64,000 nucleotides of DNA from Penicillus capitatus. Lineage: Eukaryota > Plantae > Chlorophyta. The notes beneath the pieces are model-generated. The model did not search any database. It had not been told where the DNA came from and saw nothing but the letters and a program-made list of their open reading frames with translations. Both the position numbers and the translations under genes were made by a program. This document shows positions 36,620 through 48,645 of the stretch, in pieces. The stretch is taken from assembly GCA_965649825.1 (NCBI GenBank), contig OZ287708.1, forward strand, positions 515,411 to 579,410, given 5' to 3'. How positions within the stretch are numbered: position 1 is the first letter of the stretch; the number at the start of each line of letters is the position of its first letter.

Positions 36620-39600
36620 ATGCTGCGGTCGCTGCTTCTGCTGCTGATCACCCTACATTTCGGCCTTGGTGCAGACGAGCTTGGCAGTGTCTACAGGCCG
36701 CAACATAGTCGGTCGTTTCTCGTCCGAGAAAAATCCCTAGGTTCGTCGACGCTTCTGGTGCCTTACAGCCGCATCTCTCGTGCTGATTATGATAGCCCTA
36801 CAAGTAAATCAAAGGACTTGGTACTCGACGAACACACAACTGTCGACTCTCCTGCCATATCCTGAAGGCCAACTTTCGGTGCGTCTCTTCCTTCCAAGGC
36901 AATCGATGGACACTCTTTTCAGATGCAGATGATGACAGATACACGCGAATTGCTTCACTCAAACGATATTCATGAGAACAATCCTGGAGGTCCAATTCTT
37001 TCACGTTTATCGTTTTTTAGCTGTCTGTTGTTTGCTGGGCAGGTTATGTGTGCTCTCTGTCACCCAGTGATGTAGATCAGTACCGAAACGCAGTGTCGAA
37101 AACGTGGATCGTGGATGAACAAGTGCTTGATGCGATCGACCGCGATTTGCAGTCTGTCATCAACTGCACGCAAAAGGGAGATGTTGTTCTATTCAACACA
37201 TCGTCTCCCATTCGACCATCCTCTCGCATCACGATTCCCTGGACGCTTACCATCAGCGCATACGTCCCGGATGTTAAACGCATCGATGGCGTTTTTCCGC
37301 ATTCCGAAAAGAAATCGATATTCATATGCCCTCGTAAAAACGAAGGTCTGTTTCGTGTCCAGTAAGCAAACTCTTTTCGACAATGCTGACATCGACCTTG
37401 CCATTCAATCATAGGGCTGAAAGCGTTACCTTTGCTAACGCTGTTTTCCAAGAGTGTTCTTTTGGTATGGGCGAAGACAGAGTTCAGTCGATTATTAAAA
37501 TAGAAAAGTGCCAGAATCGACAAGGGAGCGGAAAAGTTCAGTTGCACTGGGTCGGATTCAGAGACAATAGACTCATCGGCGCTGTTGGACTGAAACTGCC
37601 GTCTCCTGATTGCTTATCGGTGAAGATGGTTGATGTCTTCTTCGCCAAAAACACCTGTTCGCGAAGGGGTTGTTTTGCCTCGCTTCCCTCAAACAGCCGT
37701 GTCAAACGTTGTTCCATCTACAAGAACAAGGCAGCCAAGAAGCGCAATACATTTCCATCTATCCTCTATACTCCAGCTGGTTCCAAAACGATAGCTGAAG
37801 AGATAACAGCAAACCGAAATACACTCGTCGTGTTTGAAGCAGTCGAGAGTTCCGTCTACATGAAGGAATCCCAGTTTATTCGCAATGGACGGAAGAGTGC
37901 AACGAATGAGAGCTTGTCTTTTTCGTGCGTCAGTTTCGACAGAACGGCTGCGAACATCAAGGACTGCATCTTCAAGAACAACATCGGCAAGTTAGGGGCG
38001 GCAATATACACGAAGCGATCCAATGTCGTCGTGACCGGAACATCGTTCGAAGACAATCGGGCGGTCAAAGGGGGGAGTCTGTTGTTCGAAGATGATAGCA
38101 AGATCGTCATCAACGGCAGCCGTTTCACAAGGAACCAAGCCACTCTTTTGGGTGGATGCATGATTGCCATGGACTCGACACTCGTCATGCGTCAGGTGGA
38201 GGCGAAAGCGAACTTTGCTGGCAAACGTGGCGGATGTGTTGCAGCCAAGAGGACTGTGATGGAACTGCGCCGTGTCGTCGCATCTGATAACAGCGCTGGA
38301 GGAGATGGTGGATGCATCAGTATGCTAAATTCGCAACTGGATGTCTCGAATTCGAAGTTCACCAATGGCACCGCCGTTGTAGCCGGCGGCATCATATCAG
38401 CAGACAAGGACAGCTCGTTAAAAATGGTGCGTTCGTGGATGATAGAGGGGAGAGCAGAAGGCGGTGGGGCTGTGGCACTCAATGGATCTCATCTGAGGGC
38501 GAACAACATAACGATCGAGTATTGTGGTGCTGAGCTGGATGGTGGAGGCGTCAGGGGAAATGCTTTCTCTGACTTTCTCTGCGTCTATTGCACAATCAGA
38601 CACAATACAGCGGGTAGAAATGGAGGCGCTATCTCATTCGATTCCGATGGAAATGAGGTACTTACTGTGCAGCTGACAAAATCCCGAATAGAACATAATA
38701 GTGCTGATCGTGGAGGTGACGAATCGTTTGATCCGAGCGAGGCCATGCATAACGGTTGTGTTGTGTTGTTAGGGGGACTTCATTTTGTCAGCAGTCGGCA
38801 GAACGGAGATTGCCTTGCCAAGGATTTTAGTTGCCCATTTGCAGCGATAGTGAATACGATCTTTGACAGTAACGAAGCTAGGAATGCGGGAGGCGCCATG
38901 TTTGTTGGATATTCAGGAGCCATTAGATTTCAATGCGGACCGCTCGAAGACGGTGATGATCTTCTTTTCTATAAGAGAAGACAATGGGAGACGTTTTATT
39001 GTCTCACAAAGAAGTATGATATGTGCTCGGCATGGAGAGGCAACAAGGCCGCCCTATACGGCGACAAGATTGGAACGTATGCCGCGACTGCTCAGTTGAT
39101 TGTCGAAGACAGAAACGACAAGAAAGATGCCGAATGGAGCAGGAAGCAGAAGATTTTCAAAAATTATAGCAACGGCACCGTCCTGCCGGCCATTCGGATA
39201 CGATTGCTGGATGGTCTGGGTCAAAAACATGCAACGAGCTACCATGACATCGTAGCCACCATGTCATCTCCAGACGATTTCTTCGCGGATGCCATCACTG
39301 TGACACTGAAGGACGGAGCTGGCAGCTTCTCTCGTGTTGCTGGTTATGCACCTCCTGGCGAACACAGAGTGGTCATCAAATTCAACGACGAAGCCATCGA
39401 GTCTTTGTACCTGAAGGTGCATGTCCGGCAATGCAGGATCAATGAAGAAACCAGCGAAGACTCGGGTTGCGATCCGTGCAATGATTCCAGTTTTAACTTC
39501 GATCCCCAATCGGAGAAATGTCAGAAATGTCCTGACCATGGCAACTGTGAATCCAATATCATACTGCCAGAACCCACATTCTGGCATCCCATGCCTTGCT

Positions 39601-41489
39601 CCGTCCATGTTCAGAAGTGTTTGGCTTCCGAAGCCTGCAAACCGGATGGCCGAGGGGAACATCTTGAAAAAGTGACAAGAGATGTAGAGAACTGCAGTTT
39701 TACATCAGGTCAGATAGACGACTACCGTAGCGCTCAATGCCTAGAGGTCGATCTCGATGTCTTCTCTCGGCTGTAGCAGCTTGAGTGTTTGTGTACTGTT
39801 AGGGACACACCGGTCCCCTTTGTGGATCTTGCCAAGGTACTCATGGGAATTCTTTGTCATCAACCTGCACTCGCTGCTCGAGCATTTACACAAACGTGTG
39901 TTTCATTGTCTTCTCCATTTTGGGTCTTCTCATGTTCACCAGTATTACCATGCGAGGAAACCTCAACGTACCCAGTGAACTGCAAACGGAACAGACCAGT
40001 TCATGCGAATCCCACAACAGCGAAGATGACTTTGTTGGTTTTCCTGAGTTGTTTGAAATCGAATGCACTACAACAACAGTCGATCATCACACCGTCCAAG
40101 TCGAAGAGCCTAACGAGACAGCGGACACCTGTTCGATCACTGAAAAGTTGCTAGCGAAATGGAAGGCCATCGAAATGCTTAAGGTATGGATGGTCCTTGT
40201 GACGTCCATCCAGTTCCATTAAACCATCATTGCGTTCTAGATTACCATGACTTATGTCCAAGTCACGGTACTCATCACATCGATCGATGCGGGGTGGACA
40301 TTTTCGTTGCTTTTGGTCGCGGAATATACAGGTAACCCGCAAAGATGCTTCACATCTCTGCTTAACATGTTTGATCTGGATTTGGATGACAGAATTCCTC
40401 GGCGGATTAGCATCTGAGGGTATTCGCCGATGCGCTGTCTGTGTCAGCACAGATACGACATCACTGCATCGTATGGCGATGGCTCTTATTGTCGATATCT
40501 TCGTCATCCCTGTCTTTTCCTTCTTTATCCTTGCCAGCTTCTGGTTCGTCATGACGATCGTACAGAAGTTATCCTTTCGGTACTTGCTTAAAAGATACTT
40601 ACTGACAATGATGGTACTATGGTATGTGACATTCATGCCAGTAATGCGTTTGACTTTAAGTCTGGCACTTTGTGTCGATGTCCACGACACCAGAGAGTAC
40701 GGAGAAGATACCAAGACGAGCTATTGGGCAGTCGACACAAGCCTGGAGTGCTTTGATGGTACACATTCTGCGTTGATCTACTTTCTGGCTTTATCATTTG
40801 TCTGTCCTGTCTATGGGGGATCTCTTATCCTCTTCATCACTGCTCTGAGTCGCCAAGAGAGCGAACGTTCCAAACTTGACGGTTGGATTTATGAGACCAT
40901 GGGGTTCCTCTATCGCAGTTACAAACATGGAATGCGTCATTTCTGGGAGGTAGCCATTGTTTTCAGGAAAGCAGGCATAGCATTCTTGATTTTTTGCGCC
41001 CATCGGTACGAAAGCGTTACCTTTGTCGTCATTACTGGAATCTTCATTGCTGTCGCGATGGGAGCACACGCGCTCGTGATGCCATATCGACCGGAATTCC
41101 GTGTGTTGAATAAGTTTGAGCTTTCATCACTTTTCGTATCTTTGTTGACGACACTGATCACAGCGATGCTAAAGAGCGAGGAGAACCCAAACGATCATTG
41201 GCGTGATACCGCAAGCATTGGCTGCATGATGCTCAATGGCATTACCCTTTTCTGTTTTGGGTACTTCGTTGCTCGTTACACAATTCGATACATAAAACTG
41301 GATCTCGAATCCGACGGCGTCCGGATCTGCAGTAATGCCGGTGTCTGTCGAATCTTATCGCACTGGATTTGCCACGAGATAGAGCTTTTACTGTCGAATG
41401 CAGGCCTGCGGCAGACGGTCTGCCCAACAAGTGTCCCTACAACAACGAAAACCTCCAGCGGAGCGTCCATCATTTCGTCTGCCAATTGA
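36620..41489 (+). CDS. large secreted/membrane protein: signal peptide, GGA(I/V)-type beta-helix repeats, Cys-rich region, C-terminal multi-TM block
   Basis: MLRSLLLLLITLHFGLG; repeated N.A..GGAI/GGCI motifs; CDPC..CQKC..C; WAVDTSLECF, GFLYRSY..FWE. Confidence 0.8.
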
Positions 41490-42011
41490 TTGAGGAACTG
41501 CGATGACTCTTTTGAGCTGTATGTGCATCTACTAAGTCTTTCGAAAGTTACAAAAAATGGACAAAACCCTGTTGTGTCTTGTTTTCTTGTGAACGATTTT
41601 ACTTTGTTACCATTCAGCAAGCAAACATAGGTGAGTTGGTTCTGTCTTGAATGCGAATGCATGAGTTGAATTCTGGTGGAGAGTATACTGAATTAACTCA
41701 AAAAACTGCATTGCTCGATACGGGTCACTCTAATCTCTCGTTATCGCATCTCGAGGCGTCTGCGTGCTGCGACAAGGGAGAAAGAGGTCGGCATCGATCG
41801 CGTACAGGATCGATAGCCGACACCATAGCGCATCTGCTGTGATGGCTTATGGATGTTTCGCACTATTTCGGCTCAGACGTGACATACGCACCTCCGATTT
41901 CTTAGACGCGAAAACCTTTAGCGAGGGTGAATCATACATACCAGTCATTGCGCAGTCGATGAGGATCAAAGTGATCTTGAGTGCTCATCGCATTCATTCG
42001 ATTCGAACTCT

Positions 42012-45000
42012 ATGTCACTTGAAAGAGACGACGTCGCTGCGATCGACACAGAATCTAAAGAAGGTCGTAGCAGCGATGCGCATGGTCACTCCAGCCCACC
42101 CGATAAGCTGATCGCGAATAGCGAAACAACGTCCGTCAAAACGGAACTCGATAATGCATCTGACAGAGAGAAGTCGAATCCGGCCGATCAACGTTCCGAA
42201 ATCGGAGGAGAAACGCAACAGCAAACATCATCAAATGTCGCGTCGGATGATAAGGGAGACGGGAATGACGCGCTGACGGAGCCAAGACCACTATGCATCG
42301 ACAGCGATGGCGAAATGCCAAAAGGCGAAGACAGTGAGCCTAACGAAGAAGGTCGACATAGACGAAAGAATCATCGCGTTCAAAGGTTATTATAACTTCG
42401 GAAGATGCATTCCCTCATAAAAGCGTTGCGATGTCCAGTCGCGATTCGAATGTTAAAAAAGATTCGCAGGAGAGAATCCCGAAATCGTCGAAACGATCTC
42501 GTCGACATGAGAGGCGTAACGAACGCTGCCCAGATTCCGATCGGCCGACAAGAACGCGTAATCTTGCCCTTGCCTTGCTCTTTCACAGAATCGTCTGGCA
42601 GATAACGAGAAACGAAATCGAAAGGAGCAACATCAAAGGCGCAGACGGTCTAAACACGATCGGCAACGATCGCGCTCGTCGACATCTTATCCAGACTCTG
42701 GCATAAATCTTCAGACACCGTTCTTTTCTAAGGGAATTTGTCGATGCTAGATGGAGAATCATCAGACGTCCGATCATCGTCAGACTATTCGGAAAGAAGT
42801 GAAAAAAGAAAACGCGGACAAATCGGAAAAGATCGACAGTATCAGAGGCGTCGAAAGTACTCCAGTCGGCGGAGATCAAAGAAAAAACGATCGCGAGATC
42901 GATCGAGTCGACATCGATCGTCCAGTCGAGATCGACGCAGAAGAGACTCCTCTCGCGAAACGTTGACATCGGGATTCACCTCCGACAAGCACTCACGATC
43001 TATCGCGGAATTTGAAGACATTAGCGAATGGGGAAGAACAGCCGTTCCTGAATTCTATGCATTCAAAGGAAAGCCCGATAGTAAAGATTCACTGAGCAGC
43101 GGATTGACACCCCGAGAACGATTTCCGGCAAAACGCGAGTGGGCATCGGAAGATGCTTACCGTTCTCTCGCACATCGTTCGCTTGCATACGGCGCAGCAG
43201 CAGCGATACCTGGCGGATCTTACAATGGAGATGATCTCCCAACCCGCGTTGCATATGAGCATCTGAGGGCACTGGCAGGTATGGCAGGAAAAGTACAGGA
43301 TGCGATCTTGCATAATAAACTCGTCTTCGAGAAGCGCATTATCCACCAAGAGCAAGCAGAGTGTCGAAAGGCTCTTTTGACTTGGCATCATGTGCTTATC
43401 AGACGGCAGACAAAACAAAACATTCTAGCCAGAGCTGTCCGTCGCATCAGCCGCAGCATCATGTTCCGAGTGTTTGATGCGTGGCGGAATTTGATCAGTG
43501 TGCGAGATCGAACGACCAATAGACTCAAGAAGGTCTTAGCCAATGCATTCTTACGGTGGTGCGTGACGATCATATGCTTCATCGATGTCAGGCTGCTCAG
43601 GTTAAGAGAAAAGGCCAATTGAAGAGATGTTTCAAAGAATGGCTACGCGTCTGTGTGGATCGGTCGTGGAAGGCACAGCTGAAGACACGGGAACTCGAAA
43701 TCTTAAACATGAGAGACAAGCTGCGACAGCAGGCCAAACGCCATGTGCTTTTTTTCAGCAGGCAACGATACAAACGGCTTCTCAGTGCTTGGTATGAAAT
43801 CGCATCGAGCGAAAGAACCAAGAAGACGAAAATCGATCGTGCAAAAAAGAGCTACGAACAGAGACTGTGCTTCAGCGTCGTCACAAACTGGTAAGCTGCA
43901 TCGCGATCGACTTCAGCTCACCACTCTCAGGCTGGGTTACATGGAATGCTGCCTACAAACGCGACGTCTGCTGTTAAAAGCGACAAAGAGGATCCAATGG
44001 CTAAAGTCACGCGTCCTGTTGCATTGGTGGCTGGACTTCGTTACACAGCAGAAACAGAACCGCGTTTTATTGGCTGAGATAACGGAGAATGCACAACAAT
44101 CGCGAATAAGAAGAGCACTTGTGCAATGGATCACTATTCATCGAAGCGATTCAGATCGATTGCGTCATGTCCATCGATGGAAATCGTCATTGAAGGTAAA
44201 TCGTCGTCCTTCGCAGCGCGCGCGTTTTATCGATCTTCTCGTCTCCGTCTCACATCGTCCCAAATGAAGCGTGCGATTGGCGAATCCCTTCTGGGACATT
44301 CTCCGAAAGCGATCCATGCACTGAAGAAAGCTAAGGCGACCGACGAGGGATCGACGAGTCCCGCTGTCGCATCTCTGCCCACAGTGCATACGCTGAAGAG
44401 CGTCATCTTTGGGAAGCTCGAAAAGCGTTACAAACGTTTCTTGACCGATGTCGTTCTCGACGAATCTGGCGAAACGGTGGTGGCGCATTGTCCGAACACT
44501 GGACCTCTACTCGGTCTGATCGACAATCCCTCTCCGGCTGTTTTGCTCAGCAAGAGTGCAGATCCAAAACGCAAGTGCCCTTACACTCTGGAAGCGATTC
44601 GACGCGAAAAAGGAGCGGAATCTTCGTGGATCGGAATCCATAGCGCCTTGGCCAATAAAATGGTGCACTCTATGCTAAAACAGAAACAGATTCCAGAATT
44701 CAAGGACTATGATACTATCCGAGCTGAGGCCGTATACGGTAAAGACAAGAAATCCAGAGCCGATTTTCTGTTGAGCACTTCGGAAGGCGACCGCTGTATC
44801 TATGTCGAAGTGAAAGCTATTACATACTCTGAAGAGAGGGATGGTGTCGAGGTCGGACTCTTCCCTGACACCAAAAGCACACGTGCCCAGAAGCATCTGA
44901 ACGAACTTATGCATATCAAGAAAGAGCGAGCGGAGGTCGCTTGTGTGTTTGTGGTACTCGGTAACCCGTGCAACCTGGTCCGCCCATTCAAAGAAAAGGA

Positions 45001-45899
45001 CGCCAAATTCGCAGAGCTTTTGAAGAAAGCGCAGGATGCAGGCGTCATCATGATCGGCATCGGACTGGAATTAGCTATCACGAGCGAAAGCGATTGCGAT
45101 TTCGTGTTCAAGCGCTTCCTCGATGTCAAAGCAGATCGCACATGATGAGCATCGATCGTGTGCTCTAGGTGAAAGTTTTTTGTGTACTCAGAGAACGATC
45201 AAAGTATAAGAAGAAGATACGAGCCATCTTAAATGAATGCGATGCAAAACATCAAACAGAACGCTCTGCGCGATGCTTCAAGAGATGGACGGCTTTCGTG
45301 AGAGATGCCCGAGAGGGTCGATGGCTCGAGAAGATCGAAATGGCCTCGACCGAGATCGACAAACTCCGATCGGAAAACGCACGTCTCCGTCGCGATAACG
45401 AGCGCTTTGTCCGTCTGATCGACAGCGGCGAATGGGGACGTGGTCGCATCGACGAATTGAAACGGGTACCCCCTCCTTTGTGCTGACTCGCCACAAGAAG
45501 CAACGGAACGTCGAACAGGCTGGCGAAGTGCTGAAGTCCGAACGCGATGCTCTGGATGGCTTGGTACTCACTTTGCGTCGCGAGTACGAGGCGATGCAGA
45601 CAGCCAAACAACAACAAGAGCAGGAACTGCGCGATCTCAAACACAAAGTCGTCTCTGGTGGAGCCAGATCTCCGGCGGCGCGAAACAAGATGCTGGTTCG
45701 CGGAGCATCAAGCTTCAATTCGTTAGTCCGGGCGCTAAAGCAGGATTTGATCGATCATACAGAGACGGCGAAAAACCCGAGTTTGATGCTCGAAATCGAT
45801 AAGATGGCAATGGACAAAGTTCACGTCTTTCCGGATGGAGAACTGAAAATTGAAGCCGTCAAAAAAGCAAACGAAACATCGACGCCCTCCTTTCGGTAA
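42012..45899 (+). CDS. RS-rich / Sfi1-like W-repeat coiled-coil protein; host of the nested SfsA gene
   Basis: Frame-consistent exons with F..W repeats (VFDAW, CFKEW, LSAW, LVQW, HRW | CFKRW); phase-0 intron 44196-45168 joins RWKSSLK|VKVFCV. Confidence 0.7.
44264..45145 (+). CDS. sfsA: SfsA-family PD-(D/E)XK-fold protein, intronless, inside an intron; alternative start 44177
   Basis: RYKRFLTDV, AHCPNTG, SRADFLL, YVEVK, FPDTKSTRAQKHLNEL. Confidence 0.93.
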   Translation: MKRAIGESLLGHSPKAIHALKKAKATDEGSTSPAVASLPTVHTLKSVIFGKLEKRYKRFLTDVVLDESGETVVAHCPNTGPLLGLIDNPSPAVLLSKSADPKRKCPYTLEAIRREKGAESSWIGIHSALANKMVHSMLKQKQIPEFKDYDTIRAEAVYGKDKKSRADFLLSTSEGDRCIYVEVKAITYSEERDGVEVGLFPDTKSTRAQKHLNELMHIKKERAEVACVFVVLGNPCNLVRPFKEKDAKFAELLKKAQDAGVIMIGIGLELAITSESDCDFVFKRFLDVKADRT

Positions 45900-46228
45900 C
45901 CGACTCTGTTGACGGTGAGAATACCTATCGATGGATAGCCCAATCTTACATCCTGTCATGCCCGTACAGACGAGTATCGCAACGATAAGGATGGTTCTAA
46001 AAGAATAAGCAATTCTCGTTCTCGGACATATTCCACTCCCTCCACGTATTCGTGCACAAAGACATCTGAATAGCACAGCATTCTTTTAGTCGAGACAATC
46101 TCATTGGCTAAAAACAGAAGCCTTTTGCGATTTCCGATGGTTTGTTTGGTATCGATATGTGTCTTTTACATCAAGATCAGTATGCTTTCGTGAACGAGCT
46201 ATCGTTTCGATCACGTCGGACGGTGTTT

Positions 46229-48011
46229 TTACCATTGCATTGTTACAATGACTCCAAGGAACGTGACAGTAGAACATACGGCTGCCAAAGAGACACACGA
46301 AGCGCCCGATTCTTCGTGGTAGTAACACGGTCTCGTGTCCGTAACTCCGGTACAACGCGCATGACAAGCGCTTGCGTATTCTTCTCCAGACAACGCACTG
46401 CAGATCGGTTTGTTTTCTCTGCAATTCTCGAGACACACGCGAAGCGATTGACTCTCCTACAACAAGACTTTTCGATCGGGACGTTATCCATCTTCTGTGG
46501 CGTGACCTTGGAACCCGAAGATTCTGAAGATCCTTTAAGGACAATGCGGAGTTCATCGAGAAGAGCCTTGTTATTTCCTGTCGCCCTCGCTGCAATGATT
46601 TCCAGTTGTGTTATGACGATCGGTGAAAGTCGCGTTCTCGCTTCCATCATACGTTCCTCATCGGAAAGAATCTCTCTATATCAGACGCATCAGTAAGATT
46701 GATCTAGTATCGATCGATCGAGTTGTACTTTGCACGTTCGAGTTCATCATCCGTGATCTGTTCACCCATAATGATCTTGTAGGCCATGAGCATCAACTCT
46801 GGCGGAAAGGACGCAACATCCACGCCAAGTTGCTGAAACGTCGCCGCGACTTCTGGCGGCAGTGCGGGCTCAGGTGCGGATTGTGGGCTTGGGGGAATTG
46901 CCAGATCTGACGGCGGTGCAAAATTGTACGTATCGATGATATCAACGACCGATGGTTTGAAAGTACCCGACGCCTGTCCATCTAACACTTCGATCTTGGG
47001 CTCTTCGACGATCGGTCCGTCGCCCGAGAGAACAAAGTCGACCACAAGAGATCCGCAATCGAGTACATCATCGACACCCTATTCGATACAGATCACTCGC
47101 CGCCTATGCGGATCGAAACTCACGAGACACTTGGCGTAACACGGAGACGTATACTGTCTGCCGTCAATGTCGCAGACGGGATTGACATCCTTCTTCGTCT
47201 GTCCGCAGCCGCATCCAGCTTTCCAGGAAAGAGGCGCATGTTTTTCGTACAGAACGAAGGGATCTCTTTCCAACACGACCGTTTGGAAAACGGGATAGCA
47301 GTGCTCCACGACGTTGGCTCCTTTGCACTTCGCGACGCAGTAGTTCGTGAACCAATATCCATTGTAATCGCACACGGGATCAAAATGCGATGGGCACACG
47401 CATTCTGCTGCCACCTCTTCGACGAAACGCTCTTCGTCGGTGGCGCCATGCGGCTGTTCTTTAGGATCTTCGATCGGTTCCTTGACGTTCACCATCGGAT
47501 CCGGAATCGCCGTCACGTATTCTTGAATACAGCCTGGAACGTTTTCCTTGTCGAAAGGGCACTGGCTTAACCCCAATAACGACGTTAGCGACACCCTGAT
47601 GGAAGTTCGAGTGTGCCGATCTCAGGGATCGTCTGTGTGTTGTTACCCGACAGCGGCGAGAGGCGATGCAAGGGTAATCAGGCAAGCTTGCAGTATTGAC
47701 TGTGCGCCGGCGAAGCCTCCGGTCGATTCCAGATCGAAGCCGGAGGAGCGCAGGGCTGGGATAATGACGTCGGTCAATGAACACAAACAGGCATCACAGG
47801 AAGCAGATTTCGATGAATCCAGGTTATCTAGATAATACAGATCGTCTTTTCAATTGAAGGAATTCTCAACGAGACCGCAAAATTGCTTGACGCCGGTGAA
47901 GCTGATTGTGCTTGCTCTCTGAGGGGAGATCGGGCATTGCTTCCCAGCGACTTGTACAGTGATAAGAAAGAAGAGCGATGATAAACATAAAATCGGAGCC
48001 GGATAACACAT
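46229..48011 (-). CDS. secreted three-Kazal-domain protein with GPI-like hydrophobic tail
   Basis: Signal MCYPAPILCLSSLFFLITVQVAG; CVC..DPVCDYNGYWFTNYCVAKC, PVCDIDGRQYTSPCYAKC, KPICSALSGEEYASACHARC; ends SGA..VTFLGVIVTMQW*. Confidence 0.8.
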
Positions 48012-48645
48012 CTTGATCTCCAAACGTATCGACCACGTAGCTCGATCGGGTGCGCCAATCGTCGGAATCGGAGGCGGCATCGATTTCGAAGCCATTCGAC
48101 AGAGTAAATCGTCTTGGAGGAATCGAGAAGCTCACCGGCAACAATCACTGACTGTCAAACGACTTCGACGGATTCGTCTAAGGCAGATAAGCAGGTTCAC
48201 AAACGCAGCTTACGAGACGCATCGGCATGATACGATCCAGCAATATAGTAGCGATGTATGGAACACCGTGGCGGTTTCAAAGTGAAATGCAATGGCCATA
48301 TCTGGTTTAAGAGAAGAGACTAACGCCGAAGTATCTGTCCAGTTGCATTCGCCTCTAACAGAATCGTCGTGCAATACAAGTTGTCTCTGCCGCGCAGCAC
48401 TTGTTAACTAAATGATCCAACTGTTCAAGAAGATCTGCTTATTCTTCTTTGTCGACATTCATAGAACGATGCTGAATTCTGTGGTTTGACGTGGGACACT
48501 TGTTCGCACAGGTGTGATTGTTTCTTATCCTTTTTAACAGCCGAAAGATGTGATTTCGGGAGGTATTCACTCGCTCATACACAAAACCTCGAATAGACAT
48601 GCGTTAAAGAATCCGTTGAACAAGGTTGTTTTCAACAAAAGGATT

